From Raillietiella orientalis (lineage: Eukaryota), in NCBI GenBank assembly GCA_036172245.1, contig JAYWIR010000036.1:682001-746000 (forward strand): 64,000 nt of DNA. The letters are read 5' to 3'. Shown piece after piece: positions 50,904-64,000 of the stretch. The notes beneath the pieces are model-generated. The model searched no databases and was not told the DNA's origin. It saw only the letters and a program-made list of their open reading frames with translations. The position numbers were made by a program, and so were the translations under genes. Numbering within the stretch: position 1 is the stretch's first letter; every line of letters starts with the position of its first letter.

Positions 50904-53900
50904 TTCAGCACAAGTTGTCTTATAAATGCAAAATCAGGCACAAAACTTCCATTTTATGGGTAGACTAAATAAAATACCAGATACTCCTGCAAGAACATCG
51001 TAGTACAGAAACATAATATTCATTATACTTGACACATGACAAAATTAGTGAGACCCTATTTTCCAACATTTTCATTAAAGAAAAATTGCATTTTGCATCC
51101 TATTCTCTTAGTTCATAATTTCATAAACGAATGCAATACATAATTCCATAAGAAATGCTAAGAAACCACTCAACCTATTAATCAAAATTTTCTCATTAAG
51201 TATTCTCAGTTTTCATGAATTTTCACTCTGATCGCTAATGACTACTTGTATATGTTTGTTCCTTTGATGCAACACTCTAGAATAAACATCAAGTAAAACT
51301 AGTTTAAGAAAACATCTACAATCCTAAAATACTTGCATCACAAAACATTTTCAGCTTCTACTATTTAAGTGATGCCTAGAAACTGATCCTCATTTCTAAT
51401 AAGTTTGCTCAACTTTGGATAAATAACAACCATTTAAAGTTTCAATTTTTTATATTTCAAGTCTCAAATATTGAAATGAAGCAATTATGAAATGAAATGA
51501 AAATTCTATTGCACTTGAAAATCTACACATACCTTTTCCTCACAATGCATTCACCCTTCCCATTTTTACCCCCCCCCCCAGTTATCATTTTATGAAGCTT
51601 GACAATTTGTTGCTCTACATCACAGGGTCAGAAATGATTTCTTGATTATTAGACAAGTTTTAAATTAAAAAAAAAATTCAAATGGAAAGCGTATATACAA
51701 AGCCTGTACTGTTATAAGATCTAATTACAGATCATTTCATATTTTAGCTACATGAATCACAATTTAGCATCATTCAAAATAATGTTGGCATTTACAGAGC
51801 TGTTTGAAATATTTCCACATGTGAGACATGAGACACATGGAAAGCTTAACAAAATCAAGGAAGAAATACCGAAAGTATTTGTTAGTGCAGTAACCCAAAT
51901 TTATCAAAAAATGAAAACACTTTTGGATGAAATTTTTATCTAATTGATCTTTTATGTAAATGCAAAAGATCACTAACTCCTCCAGATCACTTACAGTTTT
52001 ACTAATGCTCTTTGCTATATGAAACCATGGTTTGCCTTCCACTATGAATCCATTCAAAGGTGACTTTCACATTTATGTATACTAACCGAACTAATAATGA
52101 GGAAGAATAACGAGAAACACCAAATAGACTAATGAGGAATAATAATAGAATAATGAAGAATTCTGAAGTCATGTATGGTAAAAGTGCAAATTTGTTGAAA
52201 CCATCATCTTTGTTATAAAAACTGAAAACACACATTACGACTATATTTCCATATAGTTGTAAATTTTTGTAAGATTCTCTACTCAATCTATAAGAGACAC
52301 AGCTGTATGAAAACAACAACAAAAATGCATTGTTTAAGTCACAGCTGTTAAAATTCTTAATCTTCCCATAATTTAAGTCATTCTGAGGTCTTCCTAAAGC
52401 ATAATAGTCAAGGGAAATCCTGAATGTATTCAGCTGTAGAGGTTTTATGAGATTTTTGTATCCCTCCAATCAAAACTCAATTCTGCTCTTAAACACATGC
52501 ATATAATGTATACATGATGTGCACCATGCCCATAAATTTCCTGCCAACCAAAAAATTGCTGCAAGGGAGGACTATAAACCCCAATTGAATTAATAGCTAA
52601 AAACAAAATGAAAAACCCTTAATACTTTAAGCTATTTAAAGATCTACAACAGAGATGCAAATCTTGATATAGTAATATTAGTTGCAGCATGAAATTGACC
52701 TTTATTTTGAGATGTCACCTATTGACTAGAACAAGAAAAATATTACAAAACTCTGAAAACAAGTGGAAAGATTGACCAACAATTGAATACCACTCATGCA
52801 CTGATATTTACTTTACTTTACTGCAACATTTTCCCCCCACAAACATGGCTATGTAGTATACAAGAGCCATTACCATACAAAAAACACATCATGTAAATAA
52901 AATCCTTCATGCAAAAAATGTAAGATAAGCAACAATGTTGTGGGACAAGGGTTTCAAAATATCATCATTTGAAAGGTCTCATCATAAAAATTCTATTAAA
53001 AAGCGAATATTACTATATCACGTTTTCTGGTTATGTTGTACATTTTATATGCTTGCAATTTATCATATTTTATGGGTTATTTGTGTTCACTTCCAACAAT
53101 GCTTGCAATCCCTAAGCTCAATATCCAATATATCACATCCCAAATGAAACAAAAAGACAAGGGAAGAATTCCTGCATGCTTTGATTGATATATTGTGGCA
53201 CACTTGATATATAAACTTTCATGCCAACACAACAAAATCCAACACATTAAGTAATTTGATGGGATGAACATCCATTATCAGTCAGTTAGTAATCAATACG
53301 TCTAATATATAGAAAAATACTTACAGATTAGGCAAAATTATGTTGTATTATATTCCAACATAAATACAACTCAAATACAAGGTAAACTTGAATCTGACTC
53401 CTATTTCTTACCATAAAAGTCTTAAATAATCAATAAATTTGAATTTCCATTATGCAATTCTGTATATTTGGGGCAAAAAATTTGGTTCATCAGGTTTTTT
53501 CTTAAGCAACTCATCCCAGTTACCACATCTTAAACTGCTTTTTCTAAGTAAATGCAGTTTACATGTTTTGGACAAAAGAAACCACAAACACATGTACCCT
53601 TAATTCCTAATAAACCCAGGTGTTCTGCTTAGTATTCAATATCCACATTCACAATACATTTCTGAATGTAGTAAGAGAACCTTCAACAGTACATTTTTAT
53701 ATAACAATTCTTATACCCTGAGAATTATATGGCAAAAAGCAAGACCTAAAATGATAATTACATGCCAAAATTTGTACAGCTCTCAATTAAGGTGAAACTG
53801 AGCAATATCAGCTAAGTTAATCGTACAATCAACTTTATCTTCCAGCTGCTTTAAAACTGAACCCAACTAAATCATCATCTTGCTATTCAAAAGTGAGTGT

Positions 53901-55629
53901 GAAAGTTAGAATAAAAACATTCCTGAGCTGTTCCTTCAGTGAACTTATTTTACCAATTTCACATTTTTGTTCTACTCATACTGCAATTTACTTCCATAAT
54001 TTCATTCACTGTGAAACTCAACCTGCAGCTAACTTTTATTTGAAATTCTACAGTAGTTACAAGTATTTCAAATGTTTCCTGTAATGCTGCTATAATACTA
54101 CCAATCCAACAAAATGTCATTATGTGCAGATTCATTATATCATTGATACATACAATAAGTCACCTTTCAATAATGATTACTTTTATTTCTACACACTGAA
54201 TTTCATGCTCAACACCAAATTCAAAATGCAATATAAGTTTCAAAGTTGCTACAAAATTGTTACATATCTTCAATACAACAGTACATTGACATACGAAATT
54301 AAAAATGTGAAACTACAGGAATTACTTCAAGATTCATATTCGGAAGTTCAAGATTTCACACATAAATGACACAGTCAAGCACAAATTCTAAATTAAAAAA
54401 ATGTAAAAATAGTGACAATATTGATAACAGTGTTACCTGTATTTGGAAATAAAAAATGGAAATAATGGTTTGAAATCTTATGCAGATACAGATAAAAACA
54501 TGGCATGGTGATGCAAAACCCATATGTTTGTACCATTTTACTTATGGGCCATACACATAATAGGTGATGTTTCTCAAGAAAAATAAATAACTCCAGCAAA
54601 ACCAAATTAGTGCAAAAATGAGTAACTGAATAATCTTGTACAATACATGAGTATCAATACTTTATAAATCCTGAATTCAATGAGCTGAAACCTTGGGAAT
54701 TACCATAAACTGATTGGGGAACACGAATGTTATACAAACAAAAATATATGCAAGATATACACATGGGACTTGTAAATATACATCCATGAAAACCGAATGT
54801 GTGTTCTTTTCTTTTGCAAAGATAATTCTCATATTTCTTGAAAAATTTTCTGATGATTGCTAACAACATGCCATCGTCAGTTATTAGGGACACGAAATTA
54901 AGACAACGGTATCTCAATAGCACATAAGAAAAAAAAAACCATTTGTACTTTCCATAGTTGTTTCATTTTATAAATGAAAAACAAAATGGCAATTCACAAT
55001 TGTTTTCATGAGCAAAAAATTTACATTCCTACAAAAAACAAACAAAAAATGCAACTCAAACTACTTTCCAGAATAAATACTGCGTATAGATAGATCACAT
55101 TTTTAAGAAGTTGATTTTCCATTTACAATTTACTTTTTGTTTTTTGTTTTTTTTCATGCAATTGAAATTTCACATTTGAAAATTTACTAAACCACATATC
55201 TAAAGATTGGACAATATTTTGCCTATTCAAAAAACGGATGACTAATAATACAGTTAGCAGAATCAATCAGATGCAAATACATTATTTTCACTTCCCATGA
55301 ATATACCTTCATATGTACTTGCAAATTTTTATTTTCGGGCATTACCACATAAGAATCAGTGCATAGCTTCATAACATGGGGTTAGCAAAACATCCGTACC
55401 AATTTTAATATTCCACAATATTTCCGTCGCGTTGCACTGAATACTTGTAGGGGACGGCACTCATAGGTTTCCCCTGTGTCCGGCCTAACTTGGTAGTCAT
55501 CATCATCTTATTACATTCGACTAGGGGTATTCCCAAATAGACGGATATACAATCTGCGGTCACGCCAAATTATAATAATTTTGATATGTATTTGGTCAAA
55601 TATGTATCGCAATATTAATTATTGTTTTG

Positions 55630-56080
55630 AAACCCATGTGCGCGCGGAGTGCCATCTATCCAACAATCGAGAACATAGTAAGCGTTCTCTCCCTGACCGT
55701 GGTCGTCGAAAAGTGCAAGGACAATGCCGTTCCCGTATGGAATGCCCGCGGGTGTGAAAACCAGCACTTGGAGAGATGTCTGCATCTCACCGCAAGAGTT
55801 TTTCTCTGTTTTCCCTTGGGCACAGCACGGAGAATTTTTTCGTTATCCGCACTTCTGGGCATGCTTCGGCGTTCCTGCAAATATTGCTTCGCATCAGGGT
55901 GTGTGTTTCCAAGCTGTCCGTTATGTGATTAATATTGTTTTTCGAAGTACACCGAGGCTCGACTTTGTACTTTGTTGTATAAATGAATTGACAAAAAAAC
56001 CGAGTCGTCGAACGGTTGCAGGTTTTCCGTTTCTCGCCATAATACGCTATTTGCGAACCTTCGCGAGCTGAACATGACCA
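55630..56080 (-). promoter_or_regulatory. CpG-rich island, probable promoter and non-coding first exon of the gene at 48991-50903
   Basis: CpG-rich patch in CpG-poor DNA. There is a minus-strand donor CG|GTGAGA at 55791/55790 and an acceptor TTGCAG at ~50987, just upstream of the ATG. Confidence 0.4.
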
Positions 56081-56354
56081 TTTTCCCAACGTTACATGTG
56101 AATGGCAGCATTCCTATTCTACGCGGTGATGGGAACACTACAATACATACATAGATGGGAATAGATAGGAAATTAACAGGACAAGAACTTCCGGTGCATT
56201 ACTGTGGCTTCGGAATTTGCAATGACTCTTCTGATATGCACCATTTTCAACAAGTTGAAAACCCATTGCTGCTTCATGGCTTAGGAAAATTATAGGTCTT
56301 ATGGGTAGGGTAAATATGATAGAAAAGGCGGTCGTTTATGAAACAAAATAAAGT

Positions 56355-56390
56355 ATCGCTTCTCAGCCTTGTGGCTAAGGTCAAAGTGTA
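56355..56390 (+). pseudogene. U2 snRNA 5' fragment (nt 1-36)
   Basis: ATCGCTTCTCAGCCTTGTGGCTAAGGTCAAAGTGTA matches U2 nt 1-36 with 3 mismatches, then similarity stops. Confidence 0.85.
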
Positions 56391-59300
56391 TAGACAGTGG
56401 ACAAATAAGATGTGGAAAAGAGGACTTTAATGATTATGATGTGCCTGTGGTAAGCGGTAATCAGGAGGGTCTGGTTAGTAAATGATCCATGACTCTTTGG
56501 TTCTCTTTAATACACAGCTGTTTCATTTTTTAGGAGTAAATAACTTATCAAGCGCAGGCTAATTAAGTTAAAATTAAGATGTGCTCATAAGGAAGGACAG
56601 AATTAATTACAGCGTATAAAATTGGGATAAGCCATTGTAACTGTAGGATTTAATTGCAAATGATAAGTTGAATATTATTAGCACAAATACAAACCTACCA
56701 CCTCTCCGGTTCGAGGGAAAAGGTAACATAGTGGACGCACCAGCAACTGCATTGAGTAAGTGTGATTCTGTTGAATGAAGGACTGGTGGCATTGATGATA
56801 TCGATGGTTATTGGGAATAAGTTGGTTGACATTTAGATATCTTGATACAGGTCAACTGATGTCTGGATGTAGATTTCCGGATAATTTCATTGGTACCCAC
56901 CGAAATGGAGATCCACTGAATCGTACACTGTCCATCAAGCTCATATGGAAACTGGCGCAGGTTCGACCGTATGGCTGCTCATGCAGATGCCGATTTTCTT
57001 GAAATATTGGAAAGTTTGCAAAGTTTTAAGATGGATGTCAGGAATTTTCGTCGGAAAGACACAAGTGGAGGCACTGGATTGATCGTTTCTCAAGTTTTAA
57101 ATATGTGCAAACACCTCAAATAAAATTGGAAAGTACAAGAGCAAAATGTCTATAAAAAAAAAAAAACTATTGCTGCTTCCTCTCTAATAGCTAGAGTAAT
57201 GAAAAATCATTTACAAACCTTGTAAAAAGAAAAGGCATCTGCAGTTTCGATAAGAGTATGAACAACAACCTGAGGCTGTTGCCCCATTGACTTTCATATT
57301 TCTTGATAGAATTTGCTGCTTTCAAGTAGCTTTTGCCCGCAATGTTATACCTGAGGTGAGCTTGTTTCGTATCATTATGGAATACTTGCTTTGCTCCTTC
57401 TTTTTTTGTTCTGGATGTGTTTTTGTTTTATTTTACTTTTTTCCCTTACTACTGAAGCAGCAGGCTTCATTTATCTTCATCCGATCTCAATACAGATAAT
57501 TAACCCCCAAATACGTTAGCATGTTTTACTGATTACTTGATTTTTAGCTTCCAAAGACACAACATGGCCTGAAGAGTATAAGCTAATTAGCTTCGAATAA
57601 TGTCAGAGTGCTTCACTGAAATATTCAGTCAACACGATTGATTTGGCAGTTTGAAGATCCAAATTGTGATTTTTAATTATCTCCTTTGATGATGGATGGT
57701 TTCCGGGAAACATTTGAGGTTTAAACACGTTTGTATTCCAGATAAGACATTAGAGATCATTAAATTGTTTGATCGTCCCATATTAAGAATAGTTTTTTTT
57801 CCCTCAGGAACAAACACTTATAGAGTGACATTTGATATATTTCTGGATTAGTTTAGTGGAATGAATTGAATAGCTGTATAGGATAGCATATGCTACATCA
57901 AATAAATTTTCAGGAGAAATGATTTGCAAGCCGAAGTGCTATATCGGAATTTCTTGTTTTGTCGGACTTGCTAGAATTACTGGTTGCTGTTCAGAGCAAA
58001 ACACTCAACGACAAAAACTTATCCCAGTGAGTCAACAGTGGTAACCAGAAGAACTGACTCTGTAGGATAAACCCAACGCTCGATTGCTGACCTCAATGCT
58101 ACTCTCGTCAGCTCCTGTGAAAAATGGTGGCTGCTGTGGATGGCATGACATTGAGCATGGAAAACGAAATCTACTAAGGGAGTGTGCTATGGATCATTTG
58201 CTGAAGCAACAGACTCTGACTATGAGTGGAGCTGAAGCTTGGATCCAACATCCCACTGCCGGCACAGATCACTCCTGCCTTTTCTCATTTGTCGGGCCCC
58301 TCAGGTTCCGGAGAGTAGGACGTTCGTGACGGAGAAGCGCGCAGAAGAGTCTGGGCATCAGCTCTTTCGGAGCCATCATCGGTGCAGATCTCAGTAGTAG
58401 TAGCAAATACTCCACGGCGATCCGGGAAGTCTGATGTGAAGTCAGGTTACCATTTGCATCCTTTGCATTTCCTTAGATTATCTCATCTTTATTTATCATT
58501 AACATGCTACACTCGGGCTCTCTTAATCTTGAGTGAAACTTTGGTATCGACTCTGAATTCCAATTGCTTTCAGGCTTGCTGTCTATCGGTTCATCCTATT
58601 TTATCTAAAGGTGCCATTCAAGTACTTCGAATGTGTCTTCCCCTGTTTCCTACTGGCAGCTGAATTCACTTGGTTGAAAACAAGCAATAAAATGCAGTTT
58701 TTGAGATCTTAAAAGCTATTATTTGAGACCTTTGCCTTCATCAAGTTCCATTCCTTCTTTCGGGTTTAATTTTTTAAAAAAATATCAAGACTGGGGTTTC
58801 CAAGACTTAGCATTTTTCAATTCGATGCAAGTTCTGGAGGATGTTTCAGGTAACACCTTTGCAAGCGTTTGTCTTCGGTCGTACGGTGACCGTTCAAGCG
58901 AAACGCTTGGAATCTGTGATCCTTGACCCTCTGCGATTCGCAAAGTTATTTCGCAAAGCAACTAAGATTAGTGTGTTTCACAAACTGAAAGTACGTTGCA
59001 TCTGAAATGCACCTATTCGATCCATTGATTCGACGTAATGTTTTGAATCAGTTGCTTTCGAAACAGCTGGAACATCTGAATTTCATAACAGGTCTGCGAA
59101 GACTGAATTTTCTGATGTTGGTGTGCATGCCGTAGCAGTGTCGATATCGGTATTGAATATCAGCACACGTGTGCGAGGTTGATTCCCTGAAAACTTTCTA
59201 TCATCAGTGCCTTTGCTCCAGTAGCTTTACGACATGATTCTCGGATATATTTTGCCACGCCTAAAGTTATTTCTTCCTCACTGAAATCCTTAAACTTGGA

Positions 59301-61801
59301 ATGGGAGGAAGGCAGCTACTTAGGTCGAGGGCTAAAAATTATTTTTTACGTACTAGATGAAGTGGATGAACTCAGGAATGCGGAAAGTGATTGAGCGTTG
59401 TGTAGCTGGAGAAATTCGCTAAGACTCCTTCCGGGAGCACTGAGCCTGGAGCACTGAGATGCCAGTGCGAGTGGAGGAAAAGGGCAAGATTCCAGAGGAA
59501 CCCATTGAAGTTCGCCAGCAGAGTGGAGCCAGACTTGGCTTCTACGCAATGCTCATCTCGTCGAGGGACCAAATTCAAGCCTTTGAAGCAAGTCTTTCCA
59601 TTCTTCTGTGCAACGAATCAGGGAACATCATTCATGGGAAATGCTGAAATTCAGTTCTCATTTAGCGGTTCGATTAAGCATCAGAATCAAAACAGACAAA
59701 ATGAAAATACTGAAGAGACACCACGAGTCATTAAAGGGAGTAAAAAAATTATTCATAAGTGATTCATAATAATTCATAATAATTATTCATAATAATTAAA
59801 AAAATTCTACACTATGTTATACCGGAGGCAGGAGAACTACTTATTTGATATTTGTGGTGCCTCCTTCGTGTTCAAATATTTTGATATACTACTGTACTTC
59901 CTAGCAATTTGTTACAGGTTCTAAATATCAAAACGCCTGTTAGCTGATCTTGGATTCCATCTTGGGAAAATTTTAGACTTTATCTGGTTCAGTAAGAGGA
60001 TGAGGACACCCACTTGTCTCAACAGATTCCAAGTTGTAATTCGTTCAGCGAACGCTGCATCATGATTTCTTTTCCAAGTTCAGTTCACTCATTTAGTTAG
60101 AAAAAAAAAGAAAAGAAATTAATCACGAGCTTAGCATGGAGATGGAAGGTTCAACCGTTGTCTGGTAATTTTATTCTACTTTTCTTGATTGCTGCCTTAT
60201 TCTCTTAAGTCGATATTTGTGTGAAATTGGGCATTCGACAGCCCACAAACCTTCTTAGTGACGTCTCAGCAAAACATTCTAACGTATGGAAGTCGGTTCC
60301 CATCTTTGACACATAAGACAATTGTGAAGGTCTGTGATCAAATCGGAAATCTTCCCATAAAATAGTGACGGACTGAAGGTTCCTCCGTTTCGCGAACGCT
60401 CGTGAATCGAAAAGAAACTCTATGGTTAACACGGAAGAAATAAATTTTTGCTTGAATGATATAATACTGCAACGACAACAACAGCAGCAAAAAGAAACGT
60501 TCTTTTCTGAATGCCTGCCCCAGGTAGTAATTTAATGGCTGGTATGCACAAAACTGGTTGTGACTTAACCTTGGCGGTCTTAAAGATGCAATGAAAACCG
60601 TGTAGGTTGCATCCCTCAAAGAATGGGACAGAGACCGTTCTGTCCCTGCATTAACATTCCTTGGTACTTGGTGTTCCTAGCAGCGTGCATCTTGTTGGCT
60701 CGTGCAATAGAAGCGATGCTCTGGATGCTGTGGTCCGTTGCCGGTTTCCCCGATGACAGCATCCTGCAAACGAACGTCAGTTGTGAGGGAGCGATATCCC
60801 TTCTAGTAGTGGGGTGGAAACATGCTGTTGTACCTGGTTGTTCCTGGACACCCATGAAAGATACCCATGCCCAAATTTTCGAGATGATATGGTTTCAGAT
60901 GGGGGTGTTTCATCGTATCGCGTCTTTCTGCGAAAGTTCCTCTTAAGCCGCTTCGAAATCGTTGGTTTCTAAAGCTTTTATATGATAACCGCGTTTCAAT
61001 GGTTTCCGTGGTTTCCATCTAATTGATTTGTCTTATGTTTGCTTTGCATAAGTCGGCAGGACGGAAATAAAAGAAAATAAAAATCAAAAAGTTCAATGTG
61101 GGCGATAACTTAGTCAGCTTTGTTTTATTGAACTAGAAAAGTAGTGTTCCTTCTCGAAATACACTTAGCATAATTTGGAGCAAAAAACATCTCCACAATT
61201 GCACGCACTGTATTAGTTATTGTAAAGTCATACGTTTTGTTTCTTTAACAAGGAACAATGTGTCTCACTCTGGAAACTATGTTTAGTAATGGGTGCATGA
61301 ACCATTCTTTGATAATCGCTTAGCTTTGTTGTGAATGACACTAAGTTTCTGAAAATTTCGAGATAGAATCCGAAGTTTTGAAAAGCCTTATGCATATCCA
61401 ATATTCTGCAAACATGTGTAATGTTCTCATGGCTTTGAAAAAGTATATGCTAACTTTCTTGGTGCTTTCAGATAACTGTTATCCATAGCACAAACCGTTG
61501 TATTTAAGCATCAGTATGGTGTCGTCATAGGTAATATTCATATGTGACACCCTAAGGTGGCATTTATGTGAACACCCAAATAAACTGATGTACCTATGTG
61601 AACTGCATATGTTCCAGGTACACACTTTTCCTGTTTTCCAGTGTCTTTTTCAAGTGATAATAAATAGCACAATGTTTCAATATATTAATAGTACATAAAA
61701 GATATAAATGCAGTGTCCTAAGTATGTAAATTAACTCTTCCAATGGACTGATGAAACATTCCCACAAACCATTATGTTGAAGCTTCTGGCACAGGAGATT
61801 A

Positions 61802-62669
61802 TCACATTTTTTCAAACACTTGAATGAAACCGCACTGAGAACATTCTTTTTGATATGAATCCTCTTCTGCATTGTATGTTTCTTCAAGGAAAGTGTGCTC
61901 ATGTCCTGCATTATCAACTTTTTTGTAAAGACTACTTCTTACTTGCATTCGAAGAGCTACATATGGTAATTCATCATGTGCATTTTTAATTTTGTTTCAA
62001 CTGACTAACTACCTTTTAATCTCTTCTCGAATTTCTTGAGTTTGGATTGCTTCTTCTGCAGTGCTCTTTGTTGTTTTTCTAACTCTAGAGTTTCCTCTGA
62101 TCCCCAAACCTCTAAAGCACGTTTCTCTACCTAGAATGTGCCCCTTATCAGGAATGTATCATTAAAACAAAGAATTACCTGCTGATAAAGATACAGTTTC
62201 ATGATGCCCCATTGAGGATTATGTGGATTAGCTTTTGTTAGAAATAATAAAGGTGGTTCTCGAACATCCAAGTCACAGTCCTTGAGAAGAAACTGTTGTT
62301 TGGCATCAGTACGAGCAATGAGACCATATTTTCCCTCTGAATGTCGACATAAATTGCAAACATTAAGTTCGAAATGTTTCAAAAGGAATGAATCCAGAAA
62401 CAACAATCCACAATCGGTGCATGTACATTGCCCTGAAACTGGAACAGAGGCACTAGGTCCTTTTGTTATCTGGAAAGACTATTCAAGGCTGTCATGGAAA
62501 TATTCTAACCTCGTGTTCTTCAGGAATTTCTTCTTCTATTAGAAATCCTGCTTGGGTATCAATGAATTTTTTACCATTCACCTTTACCACTGATTCTGCC
62601 TTTCTAAACACATTATTAGAAAGTCAAACTTTAAATTCCTTACCTTTTGGTAAAATTGTTAGTAGCCAT
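61802..62669 (-). CDS. XPA: DNA repair protein XPA homolog, 5 exons
   Basis: C4 zinc finger CTDC..CNLC, then TDAKQQFLLKDCDL..REPPL..NPHNPQWGIMKLYL, VEKRALEVWGSEE, LRMQVRSSLY, HEHTF..CSQCG..FEKM*. Introns are short GT-AG. The start at ATG 62669 is tentative. Confidence 0.93.
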
Positions 62670-64000
62670 TACACATAATCTGTGTCCTCAGATCTTTACA
62701 AAAGTGCTTGAATTTTTTGTGTAGCTTGTGTCTTCTTTTCCTATTTTTCTAAGAGATGGCTTCATCACAGTTTTATACTTATGGACTGCCCTTCTTTTTG
62801 TTTGTTGTTGGAGGCTCCTTTTGCTTGAGTCAATTCACAGCCCTTCGGTGAGTTAAACTTGCACTTTCATTATCAATGACTGTCATGGTTTAGATACAAA
62901 TTCAGATCGCAAAAAAGTTTTCGAAATGAGCTAGAAGCTAAAGGCATAGAACTTAGAAATGAAGAAGAAATCACCTTGGAAGCCGAGTATGAAAAAACTA
63001 AACATGTATGTAATTTTTAGTTAGAATTTGTTTTATATGGCTAATATTAGTAGTGATTTTGTATTTTTCCTTTTGGCTATAAAATACAAAAACTTATTTT
63101 TACCTTGTATTTATGCATTCAATACTTTTCGTGAGTTTAGGAATCGAAAAATTGCGTATCAAATTCGCTTATGCATTGTAAAAAAAAACCAAAAGTTGAA
63201 TTAATACTTTCAACTTTTCAGTTAGGAGAAAAAGATTGGGAAAACGTACGAATATCTAGACCATGGGAAGAAGGAAATGAATAACACCAGAACAATGTGC
63301 CTTCTGTTTTTTTTTATCACACAAAGATGCCGTCTTTCTCTCAATTAAATTAATCACATGGTGTTATCAGGTCTAAAACTTGTCTCTAAACATACAATCC
63401 AAAACATACAATCCAGCGATAGAATTGCTTTTCTCACGTAATGATGCCACATCCAATTGCCCCCCAAAAAACTTGGTGTTTATGACTGAACGATCGCTGG
63501 TCCCCCAATACCTCAGTGTAGCCACTGACGTCCAGGTTCAACATGTCTCAGTGCCCCTCATGTGCCCGCACGATGTTCCCTAGTGGATTCCAAAGCTTGG
63601 TCAGAACTGAACTTCCCGAAACATCATCAAAGTGATCTTCGTCGGCTTTGTGCTTTATTAAATATCTCTTCTGATTTATTGATCATTAAATGCTATATAA
63701 AATGCAGTTTTCATAATAAATCTTTAAGGGTAATCGTTAACACCTCAAAATATTGTCATCATCTCTGCAGTAACACGAGATTAGTTTTTTGCCACCTTAT
63801 TAATTGTAGTATTTAAAAAAAATCTGCAAAAGCATCTAAATTTGGAAGAAAGTTTTCGTCGAATTTAGGTTGTAGGCAGAGAAATTTGTCTACCAGAGAC
63901 TGCAAATTGCCAGCTTTCTTTGGTTAATGTTCATTGCTAATTCTAGCCTTTGTGGATTAGCGTAAAAATGAACTGCATTGACTGAAATTAATAAGGTGAA

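Noticed and set aside
56640..57020. Minus-strand FKKIGICMS..YDSVDLHF, Academ-like transposase hint
   Set aside because: Only two short motifs among stops; not supportable without a search.
59750..59800. Short ATTCATAAT tandem repeat
   Set aside because: Ordinary degenerate microsatellite.
58000..61000. Coding-like decayed segments (e.g. FSEEEITLGVAKYIRESCRK; ORFs at 60616-61018), possibly further EVEs
   Set aside because: No recognisable family motif in any frame; needs blastx.
1..64000. CRISPR arrays, tRNA, rRNA or prokaryotic operons
   Set aside because: No regularly spaced repeats, cloverleaf or rRNA signatures seen; the genes are spliced and eukaryotic.

Overview
Eukaryotic, most likely arthropod, genomic DNA with spliceosomal introns, split into two compositional domains. 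The left domain (1 to ~31340, about 60-65% GC by eye) holds a two-Ig Dpr-like gene (-), a divergent 9-exon DEG/ENaC (pickpocket-like) channel gene (+), a 5'-truncated Utopia/NeSL-type retrotransposon fused to a U2 snRNA 5' fragment, and several LINE remnants. Most long ORFs listed for this domain are high-GC artefacts. The right domain (about 35-40% GC, ~40-nt introns) holds TCP11L1 (+), a conserved arthropod protein of unknown function (-), a second U2 fragment and XPA (-). The most notable region is a ~10 kb block (37.6-47.9 kb) just downstream of TCP11L1 made of decayed foreign sequences nearly all on the minus strand. These are a gag-like remnant, an Academ-like transposase fragment, an endogenous CRESS-DNA-virus Rep that retains its origin stem-loop, and a ~5.5 kb fossil rhabdovirus-like L polymerase gene with an inverted duplication. 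The layout suggests an endogenous viral element (EVE) cluster that may produce small RNAs (inference). All protein comparisons are manual translations against remembered family motifs; no database search was run.
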